NCBI GenBank assembly: GCA_965235115.1
Contig: OZ249436.1
Span: forward strand, 16,742,001 to 16,806,000
Source: Laetmonice hystrix
Taxonomy: Eukaryota
DNA length: 64,000 nucleotides
Direction of reading: 5' to 3'
Shown here: positions 50,001 to 62,000 of the stretch, piece by piece
How the letters are laid out: each line of letters opens with the position of its first letter
Position numbering within the stretch: the first letter of the stretch is position 1
Program-made: the position numbers and the translations under genes
The notes under the pieces: model-generated
Told to the model about the DNA's origin: nothing
Database searches by the model: none
The model's input: only the letters and a program-made list of their open reading frames with translations

Positions 50001-53000
50001 GAGCCACGGTTGACTGTCAAGACGCCGGACGTTTCCTCCAGGTGAAAGATACCGCGATCGTTCCCACTCAGGAGGTGATACGTCACGTGACCTGCTGCTC
50101 CAGAGTCCGCGTCCACGGCCCTCACCTGGAGAATACAGACACAGTGTGTATCTTATCGTGTTCGCCAAAATCAATTCATTTATTTTAAGAGGGGAGCAAC
50201 TTCTAAGGAGGCAAATTCTGCAGAGCCAGAACGACAGAGCCGGCCTCTATCGAGATTCCCATACCTCCCCGATACAAACCTACAACACGGTTTGGTTGGA
50301 TTGACCCTCTACCACTGACGTCATACAAACCTGTAACACGGCCTGGTTGGAGCGACCCTCTACCACTGACGTTACACAAACCTGTAACACGGCCTGGTTG
50401 GAGCGACCCTCTACCACTGACGTCATACAAACCTGTAACATGGTCTGGTTGGAGCGACCCTCTACCACTGACGTCATACAAACCTGTAACAAGGCCTGGT
50501 TGGAGCGACTCTCTACCACTGACGTCATACAAACCTGTAACATGGTCTGGTTGGAGCGACCCTCTACCACTGACGTCATACAAACCTGTAACATGGTCTG
50601 GTTGGAGCGACCCTCTACCACTGACGTCACACAAACCTGTAACATGGTCTGTTTGGAGCGACCCTCTACCACTGACGTCATACAAACCTGCAACATGGTC
50701 TGGTTGGAGTGCCCTCTACAACTGACGTCATACAAACCTGTAACATGGTCTGGTTGGAGCGACCCTCTACCACTGACGTCATACAAACCTGTATCACGGT
50801 CTGGTTTGAGCGACCCTCTACAACTGACGTCACACAAACCTGTAACACGGCCTGGTTGGAGCGACCCTCTACCACTGACGTCTCGTAAAAAAACTGTAAC
50901 ACGGCCTGGTTGGAGCGACCCTCTACCACTGACGTCATACAAACCTGTAACACGGCCTGGTTGGAGCGACTCTCTACCACTGACGTCATACAAACCTGTA
51001 TCACGGTCTGGTTGGAGCGACCCTCTACCACTGACGTCATACAAACCTGTAACACGGCCTGGTTGGAGCGACCCTCTACCACTGACGTCATACAAACCTG
51101 TATCACGGTTTGGTTGGAGCGACCCTCTACCACTGACGTCATACAAACCTGTAACACGGCCTGGTTGGAGCAACCCTCTACCACTGACGTCATACAAACC
51201 TGTAACACGGCCTGGTTGGAGCGACCCTCTACCACTGACGTCATACAAACCTGTAACACGGCCTGGTTGGAGCGACCCTCTACCACTGACGTCACACAAA
51301 CCTGTAACATGGTCTGGTTGGAGCGACCCTCTACCACTGACGTCATACAAACCTGTAACACGGCCTGGTTGGAGCGACCCTCTACCACTGACGTCATACA
51401 AACCTGTAACACGGCCTGGTTGGAGCGACCCTCTACCACTGACGTCACACAAACCTGTAACACGGCCTGGTTGGAGCGACCCTCTACCACTGACGTCACA
51501 CAAACCTGTAACACGGGCTGGTTGGAGCGACCCTCTACCACTGACGTCACACAAACCTGTAACACGGGCTGGTTGGAGCGACCCTCTACCACTGACGTCA
51601 CACAAACCTGTAACACGGGCTGGTTGGAGCGACCCTCTACCACTGACGTCATACAAACCTGTAACACGGCCTGGTTGGAGCGACCCTCTACAACTGACGT
51701 CATACAAACCTGTAACATGGTCTGTTTGGAGCGACCCTCTACCACTGACGTCACACAAACCTGTAACATGGTCTGGTTGGAGCGACCCTCTACCACTGAC
51801 GTCATACAAACCTGTATCACGGTCTTGTTGGAGCGACCCTCTACAACTGACGTCATACAAACCTGTAACATGGTCTGTTTGGAGCGACCCTCTACTACTG
51901 ACGTCACACAAACCTGTAACATGGTCTGTTTGGAGCGACCCTCTACCACTGACGTCATACAAACCTGTAACACGGTCTGGTTGGAGCGACCCTCTACCAC
52001 TGACGTCATACAAACCTGTAACACGGGCTGGTTGGAGCGACCCTCTACCACTGACGTCATACAAACCTGTAACATGGTCTGGTTGGAGCGACCCTCTACT
52101 ACTGACGTCACACAAACCTGTAACATGGTCTGTTTGGAGCGACCCTCTACCACTGACGTCATACAAACCTGTAACACGGTCTGGTTGGAGCGACCCTCTA
52201 CAACTGACGTCTCGTACACCGACTCCGAGAACACGGGCGCGTTATCGTTCAGGTCGAGAACCTCGATCTGGATGGTTGCCAAGGCGACGTGCTGCTGGCC
52301 CGAGGGTCCCTGTGACGTGAGTGGGGAGTCGGAGGCCATAACAGTCAGCATGTAGGCCGGCTGGGTCTCGTGGTCGAGAGGGACACGAGAAAACAGCTGC
52401 CCCGTCATGTTGTCCAGACGAAACGTCGCTGAAACCAAAGACAACAACCGTGTCATAACCGAACGGTTTATTATTGAAAGAAATTAGAAAAGTTTAATCG
52501 ATGAACTCCCGAGCCCAGCGTCAAACTGTGTCCTGTCATCTGTATGCAATAAATATCAATCTCACTGATATGGATTACGGAATCCGTCAATCTCACCGTC
52601 AATCTCATAGTTTACATCAATCCCACCTGTATCACATCAATCTCACCTGTATCACATCAATCCCACCTGTATCACATCAATCCCACCTGTATCACATCAA
52701 TCCCACCTGTATCACATCAATCCCACCTGTATCACATCAATCCCACCTGTATCACATCAATCCCACCTGTATCACATCAATCCCACCTGTATCACATCAA
52801 TCCCACCTGTATCACATCAATCTCACCTGTATCACCCCCCTGGATGAGGTAGAAGACGTCGTCCTCGTCCTCGTCCTCAGCGGTCACGTGACCCACGTAA
52901 CTCTCGGCGGGTAGGTTCTCAGTGATGCTCAAGGTGAAGGTCGTTGCTATGAAGCTCGGACTGTTGTCATTGACGTTGATTACCGTCACCTTGATGGTTG

Positions 53001-56000
53001 CCGACCTACAAAACCGGAAAGGGCTTTACTCTCACACCACCTTCCCGTAGATACACGTTGGACAAAGACCCTGCGCTCACAATGAACCCCCAACCCTCAC
53101 AGACCCTGACCCTGCGCTCACACCCTCACAGACCCTGGCCCTGCGCTCGCAATGAACCGCGAACCCTCACAGACCCTGACCCGACCTGTACTCACAATGA
53201 ACCACCAACCCTCACAGACCCTGACCCTGCGCTCACAATGAACCCCCAACCCTCACAGACCCTGACCCTGCGCTCACAATGAACCCCCAACCCTCACAGA
53301 CCCTGACCCTGCGCTCACAATGAACCCCCAACCCTCACAGACCCTGACCCTGCGCTCACAATGAACCCCCAACCCTCACAGACCCTGACCCTGCGCTCAC
53401 AATGAACCACCAATCCTCACAGACCCTGACCCTGCGCTCACACCCTCACAGACCCTGGCCCTGCGCTCACAATGAACCCCCAACCCTCACAGACCCTGAC
53501 CCTGCGCTCACAATGAACCACCAACCCTCACAGACCCTGGCCCTGCGCTCACAATGAACCACCAACCCTCACAGACCCTGGCCCTGCGCTCACAATGAAC
53601 CACCAACCCTCACAGACCCTGACCCTGCACTCACAATGAACCACCAACCCTCTGTAGTTTGTGTCAGCATGCGCTCCAAATACTGATAAAGAATTGTACA
53701 GGTGGAGCAGTGTGGCCGCTTTCTTCCAGTGGTTTACATGTTCCTCGTGTACTCACCCGGTCCGAGCCGGCTGTCCGTCGTCAATGGCGACCACCAGGAG
53801 GGAGTACTGACGGGGGCCGTGGTCGTAGTCAAGGCTGGCACCAAGCGTCAACCGACCAGTGGCCATGTATACCTCAAACGGTACCTGTGGTACAGAAAAT
53901 ACGTTATGGGACCTCTTACATCATACCATGGGACCTCTTACATCATACCATGGGACCTCTTACATCATACCATGGGACCTCTTACATCATACCATGGGAC
54001 CTCTTACACTACACCATGGGACCTCTTACATCATACCATGGGACCTCTTACATATACCATGGGACCTTTTACACTACACCATGGGACCTCTTACATCATA
54101 CCATGGGACCTCTTACATCATACCATGGGACCTCTTACATCATACCATGGGACCTCTTACATCATACCATGGGACCTCTCACATCATACCATGGGACCTC
54201 TTACATCATACCATGCATGGGACCTTTTACACTACACCATGGGACCTCTTACATCATACCATGGGACCTCTTACATCATACCATGGGACCTCTTACATCA
54301 TACCATATGGGACCTCTTACATCATACCATGGGACCTCTTACATCATACCATGGGACCTTTTACATTACACCATGGGACCTCTTACATCATACCATGGGA
54401 CCTCTTACATCATACCATGGGACCTCTTGCATCATACCATGGGACCTCTTACATCATACCATGGGACCTCTTACATCATACCATGGGACCTCTTACATCA
54501 TACCATTGGACCTCTTACACTACACCATGGGACCTCTTACATCATACTATGGGACCTCTTACATCATACCATGGGACCTCTTACATCATGGGACGTATAA
54601 GTATGTCGTAGGTGAGGTGGCTGTTAACGGATTGACTGACCCCGTATGTAAGTATGTCGTAGGTGAGGTGGCTGTTAACGGATTGACTGACCCCGTATGT
54701 AAGTATGTCGTAGGTGAGGTGGCTGTTAACGGATTGACTGACCCCGTATGTAAGTATGTCGTAGGTGAGGTGGCTGTTAACGGATTGACTGACCCCGTAT
54801 GTAAGTATGTTGTAGGTGAGGTGGCTGTTAACGGATTGACTGACCCCGTATGTAAGTATGTCGTAGGTGAGGTGGCTGTTAACGGATTGACTGACCCCGT
54901 ATGTAAGTATGTCGTAGGTGAGGTGGCTGTTCCCGCTGTTGTCAAGGTCCGTGGCGTACAGGTGTTCCATCAAGGTCGTCCCGGGTGCCGTGTCTTCTCT
55001 CACCTCCAGGTGGTACACGTCTGTAAACGGAGGGATAACCTTACTCCATGTGAGCCCTCCAGGTGGCCCTCCAGGTGAGCCCTCCAAGTGGGCCCTCCAG
55101 GTGGGTTCTCCATGTGAGCCCTCCAGGTGAGCCTTCCAGGTGGCCCTCCAGGTGGGCTCTCCATGTGAACACTCCATGTGGGCCCTCCATGTGGGCCCTC
55201 CAGGTGGGCCCCCCAGGTGGCCCTCCAGGTGGGTCTACCAGGTTGGCCCTCCAGGTGGGTTCTCCATGTGAGCACTCCATGTGGCCCTCCAGGTGAGCCA
55301 TCCAGGTGGCCCTCCAGGTGGGCTCTCCATGTGAGCACTCCATGTGGGCCCTCCAGGTGGGCTCTCCATGTGAGCACTCCAGGTGGGCCCTCCAGGTGGG
55401 CCCTCCAGGTGGGCCCTCCATGTGGCCCTCAAGGTGGGCTCCAGGTGAGCCCTGCAGGGGAGAACTTCAGGGGAACGTGTCAGGAACACCCGTACTCCCT
55501 GTACCCCCGTATACTCCCCCAGTGAAGAATCTAACTTCACAGTGAGCTCACTGTGACCTCATATTAAAGGTATGGAAAGATCACATGGTTAGGTCACAGC
55601 AGACTCATTTTGAAGCAAGTAGGTTAACTCACTATAAAGTCACATTGTGAGGTCACCATGTGAGCTAGCTGTGACCTTTCTATGAGTTTGCAAATCTCAC
55701 ACTGTGAGCTTTCTGTGAGCTTTTTGTGAGTTTGAACTCAACATGTGAGCTAGCTGTGACTTCTCTGTGAGTTTGCACAACTCACAGAATGAGCTTCCTG
55801 TGAGCTGTTTGTGAGTTTGCAAGGCAAACTCACCAGGTGAGCTAACTATGATATATTTGCGAGTTTATATTGTGTATTTTTAGATCTTATAAAAAACACA
55901 GTTATTATGGTTTAAATGTTTATTACATCATAATTAGTACAAAAAGGTCCATGTCCACATTGGAAGGGAAGAAGATGGAGCTCAGTTCGTCAGACCATAG

Positions 56001-59000
56001 ATCTAGTGCTCAGTTTGTCAGACCAGAGAGCTCAGTTTGTCAGCCCATAGAGCTCAGTTTGACAGCCCATAGAGCTCAGTTTGACAAACCATAGAGCTCA
56101 GTTTGTCAGACCGTCCATAGAGCTCAGTTTGTCAGACCATAGACTTCAGTTTGTCCGACTGTCCATAGAGCTCAGTTTGTCAGACCGTCCATAGAGCTCA
56201 GTTTGTCAGACCATAGACTTCAGTTTGTCCGACTGTCCATAGAGCTCAGTTTGTCAGACCATAGAGCTCAGTTTGTCAGACCGTCCATAGAGCTCAGTTT
56301 GGCAGACCATCCATAGAGCTCAGTTTCTTAGACCAGAGAGCTCAGTTTGTTCATTCCGATCTTGTTCGTCTGGGATGCGCTTTAAGCCGGCCTCAGGTCG
56401 GCCTGCGATTTCTTGCGCTGCGACGGAACCGTCGGCAATTGACGTGAATGTCATGCTCATGTCGCCTGTGAGGAGATCGGGTACACCTTCCTGCGACTGT
56501 CAGCATCTTGTCGCCGATCAATTACAACCACGCTCAGGTCGACTGCGCTCGATCGCCGACTGGTAGGCCTATAATCTTGTTCCGTCGCGGCGTAGAAGTT
56601 GAACAATTTCTACTTCTACGACGGCTGATCTTCTCGGTCGACGACGGTCGCCGCGCCGGCGCAACCACACTCATGTTACCCTTGGTCGACGACTGATTCG
56701 TCGTGGATCGTCGTGGCTCAGTCGTGGGTTATCGCCAAATAGGCCTAGGCAGTCGCCGACTGATCCGGCGCGGCGCAAGGGCGACCTGAGGCCGGCTTTA
56801 CTGCTTTGAGCTTTGCCACATCCCTCATGATGTCATGATGGCTGCCTGATTTTGCTCCAGACTTTCTGTAAGATCCGCATGCTGAAATCTGAAAATGTAT
56901 AGAAATAAACATTGTAGTGCAGCCATTAGAGTTGATATTGAAAAACTTTTGATATTTGTTATTATTACAACACTGCACAGTGGCAATTTCCAGAGTTTTG
57001 TATATTAATGCCTTTATGTATGGCTCAGGTCGGCAACCTCTGGACAATTCTAATGATTGGCCATTGCAATTCTACATAGTTTATTAGTACCACTGGATCT
57101 TCAACCTTTGCATGTTGAGATCTAATTAATTTTCCTATACTAATAGCAATGAGTGATATATAGAAAAATACCTGAAGTGTTTGTCCCGTCACGTTGCTTA
57201 GCCTGGGAGGTTGCAGAGCTGCATCATTAGTTGAGACTTCAAATGTTGGAGTAGATGTTAAAGGAAATAAAAATGATAATATTTAAACACTGCAAAAGCA
57301 TTGCATTGTCAAACTGCATTATTCCTGGAAATGGCAATATTAAGGCTTTTCGTAGACAAAGTAATTGGCCATTGCAATTCTACATAGTTTATTAGTACCA
57401 CTGGATCTTCCACCTTTGCAGATCTAATCAATTTTCCTAAACCAAAATACCTGGAGATGTTCAAGGAAATACAATAATAATATTCAAACACTGCAAAAGC
57501 ATTGCATTGTCAAACTGCACTATTCCTGAAAATGGCAATATTAGGGTTGTTCGTATCCATCTCATTAGACTATAGTGGGGCCGTGGAAAATTTGTCATAA
57601 CTGATGCGAATCTGCGTATTACAACTGATTACAACGAGTTAAATCACATCACTTTAAGTGTGGTTTGTAGGATAACCGGGTAAACTACCTGAGATATTGA
57701 TAGAACTTTCAAATGCGAAATCGAGACGAGACCGAGAGCCCCCTTCTGACATGACTACAGTAAGTCATAATATTTTAGTATAGTATTTATAGTGGAAAGT
57801 ATAGTACATCACTACACTCTTAAGACACGTACCAGCAGTGCTTTATATCTCATCCTTCCAGCTCATGGCCAAAGACAGTACAGCTCCACTGAAAGTCCCA
57901 AGAAAAGAGAAAAGTTTATTAGAAACTTAGCAGCATATAAATAATCACACCAGGCAAAGATGCCATGCATATTCTGTATTCTAATTGAAGACAATGCTTT
58001 GAACCCTACGAACACACACAAACTGATGCGTTGGCGTAGATTAAATATAAAATACTTCACACGTGGCATGATGTGCTGACATGTCAAACATCAGGGTTTT
58101 TACAGTACCCTGACCTAGTCCCGGCCTGGTATCTTATTTCTCCACACTCTAAGTAGGTTAATTCCTATTTTTATGGCCCGCCAACATCCCATAATGATAT
58201 CTGCGGTCTCACCCTCTCATTCAGTGTAAGGAACTTTGGGCATATGAGCAAGAATGAGGTCAAACCCACGAGTATAGACTATACTACCTACATGTACTTC
58301 CACACACAAATCTACATATATAATATGTAGACCTTGAAAGTGAAAGAGACTAGGCCTATTATAATAATTACAAAATTGGAACAATATCCAATCAATCCTG
58401 TCAAAAGTATGAATCTTTTGTTCAGAAAGGCGATATGAGACTGTTGGTTTAAAGTTCTGCATGGGACTACATTAAAAAGGGGTGTGGGGGAAGGTCCTCC
58501 ACATATATATAGGCCTAAATATGTAGCCTATGTCTGTAAGATGGCATCAGAGGCGGGGCTGTTATTGGAAGAACTATTTTAGAACATATGGAATACTCGA
58601 TCTAAAGTGGCGGGAAATAGCAACATATTAGTTTCCTTAGTTGAGGCTTTCCTAAGTTCAATAAATGAAGCAGATCATTACAGATTACATAGCTATACTT
58701 ACGTGTTTGTAGCCTGTATTGGAGGGACGTAGAATCTAGAATGATGTCTTGATGGCTGCACCCGAGCATACAGGAGGAATTCGGTCAACTGAATTGCGCG
58801 CCAACCAGTACACGTGTGCTGAACCTGGGGTACTGCTCATGACCCCGAGGTCATATTCCCACTCCAGCGGTCGCTTGTACCTCGTTGCGTGTATTATGCT
58901 GTGTGCAGAATGCTGCACTCCAGGAAGGTCTGGGTCAGCGGGCCGCGGTATAATTTAGGCACAGGCCAAATGGAATTTAAAAACGGGTGAATAACTTGAT

Positions 59001-62000
59001 CCCAACTTTGGACGTTGGTGAGGAGGTGTCCTCGAATATGTCAGGTTCGTCTAAAACGACACCACCGCCTATTACCCCCCCCCCCCCCCCCAAACACTTT
59101 TACAGCTGCGCGTGTCCTTAAATTGCGCCCTCAAAACAAAGTCAGATACTTTGGTTCCAAACTTGTAGGGTTTTTATTCGGGAGATACTGAGGGGTGTAA
59201 CCGCAAAGATTCATAATGATCCATATTCGGGCAGAAAGACACAGCAAGCGTGGGATTTCGCTATCAATTCCCCGGCCGACAGGCGGCCGGTTGCCGTGAC
59301 CGGCAGCGTCGGAGCCCGCGTGCAGGGTGGATTCAGGTCGGGGTAGCTGCATGTATGGGAGAATTACGGAGGGTCCGTATTTAAAAAAGTACTGAATCCT
59401 TTTATCCCAAATTTAAGACATTTTACGGCAAAAGGTCTTGTGAATATAAGCAAAGTTGGAGCCTATGAAAGTGAATGAAAGGTACCCCAAATAAGCGATT
59501 AAAACAGGCAGACAGATGTATTCAAAGTTTCCTATTCCTGACAGAAGGTTGCGCCACAAGTACACTTAGCCCTAATTATTTAGGTTATTAATTAACCAGT
59601 TTTCTGTTATAATGGATTAGAAATGGAAGACTCATTGGAGGTTGGTATTCCTAGCAACGTTGAGAATTTCATTAAGGTTCCTCCAACAGTAAAGTGGATA
59701 ACAATTTATTTCATTTAAAAGTATAATTAATTCTTAAAGTGTATTTCTATAATAAGGATTGCGGGGTATGCGTACATAGAGAGTGACCATGCATGCCTGC
59801 ATACAGGAGCAGTATGATTACTCCCCTGGCATTATCAAAAGAGCTATAGTGTTCAGATTGTGGAGTCCATCTTTTTATTCAGAATTAATTAATTAAAAAT
59901 ACTTTACCTAAGAAATCTTAAAAAGAATCCACTTAGAAATGTGCAGAACACCTAGGGCTATAATAACGCCACTTTTTATAGAATTTGAACCATTTTTGAC
60001 CAATTACCGCAACTTTAGGAAAGATATCACCTTTCAGTGCAACTCTCCAACAACGTCTGGGCGGGCCAGAAATGTGATCTAGTCAATTTTCTTAATTACG
60101 CATAAATTCACCTAATTATGTTAATATATCCTCCTTGCCACCTAAAGAAACGATCTGTGATGTTTTTCTGATTGTTTAAAATTGTACGGGGCCAAAACCC
60201 CTCAATTAATCACCCTGCTCCCCCAGGCACTTGTGCTGCCACCTATCGGTTGTCGGACGTTGTGGCCACTTTACTATTGGTATATATAAACTTTACTTTT
60301 CCCCGGATTCATTTTCAGATATCTTTTTTCACACAAACACTTCAGTGTTTAAATGCACATATAAACCTACGGTGAGGATAGCCTACCACGTGTATCTTTC
60401 GCTATGGATTTGTACAAATACAACGAATAGAGTATATTATAGGCCTATATCAGACCCATAGAGGAGTCTATACCTGCTGTTAGGCCGTCTACTGAGGTCA
60501 ATATTTGTCGACGTCCTGTTAACGTAAGACAGACGTTGCAATATGGTTGTCAACGTGGCAACTAAGATTCACCCAAAATATGATGTCCTGCGCCCACTGG
60601 GTATCTCCATGTATATGGGATATAGCCTTGTCACCAACATGTCACAGAAAGCCCACAGAAAGCTCACAGTGTGACCTCACACTGTGAAAAGTTGTGACAC
60701 CACTGACTACATCACCATGCACGAATTCACCATGCATGAACTCACAGCAACCTCATATTGTGACCTCTCAGGATGACCTCACTGTGAACTCAAAGACCAT
60801 GATGTCAGTTAGCTAACGGATAGATCACAGTATGACCTCACAATGTGAGTTCCCTGTGTCATCATAGTGAGGTAGGTTTTCGTGAAGTCACATCATGATA
60901 GAATTGTGACATCACTGTGATGCTTTGACAAATACATCACCAACAGGTCACAGAAAGCTCACGATATGACTTCAGAACTTGGTATGGTGAGACCTCACCA
61001 TAAGCTCACAGAAAGCTCACAGTGTGACCTCACACTGTGAGAAGTTGTGACACCACTGACTACATCACCATGAACTCACAGCAACCTCATATTGTGACCT
61101 CACAGGATGATCTCACTATGAACTCAAAGACCATGATGTCAGTTAGCTAACGGATAGATCACAGTATGACCTCACAATGTGAGTTCCCTGTCTCATCATA
61201 GTGAGGTAGTTTTTCGTGAAGTCACATCATGATAGAATTGTGACATCACTGTGATGCTTTGACAAATACATCACCAACAGGTCACAGAAAGCTCACGATA
61301 TGACTTCAGAACTTGGTATGGTGAGACCTCACCATAAGCTCACAGAAAGCTCACAGTGTGACCTCACACTGTGAGAAGTTGTGACACCACTGACTACATC
61401 ACCATGAACTCACAGCAACCTCATATTGTGACCTCACAGGATGATCTCACTATGAACTCAAAGACCATGATGTCAGTTAGCTAGCGGATAGATCACAGTA
61501 TGACCTCACAATGTGAGTTCCCTGTGTCATCATAGTGAGGTAGTTTTTCGTGAAGTCACATCATGGTAAAATTGTGACATCACTGTGATGTCAGTGTTAG
61601 GTCATCTTTATGATCTCATCCTGTGACTTTCAGGTGAGCTCATTATGAGTATGGCATGAGCTCACGTCTTCACTGGGCGCGCGCGTGTGACCCGTCTAAT
61701 CCCCGTACCCCCCCCCCCCGTATACTCCCTGTACCCCCTCCTAATCCCCGTACCCCCGCCCCCCCCCCCGTGTCGACTCACCCCGTGAGAACTGTGGTGT
61801 GTTATCGTTGACATCGCCTACTGTGATGTTGACCTGAGCGCTCACGTTCTTAACCTGCCCGGTCTGGTGACCTGCGGTAAGATCACTGGCGTAGACGGTG
61901 AATAGAAAGCCGCGGTCTCTGACCGGTGGGTCGGCGTCCAGCGGCCGGATTAACCGGAGAACTCCTGTCGTTCTCTCTACCAGGAACTTGTAACTGCCTG

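Noticed and set aside
50280..52355. Plus-strand and alternative-frame ORFs of 480-657 aa
   Set aside because: By-products of the 51-bp array; only the frame continuing the cadherin exon is meaningful.
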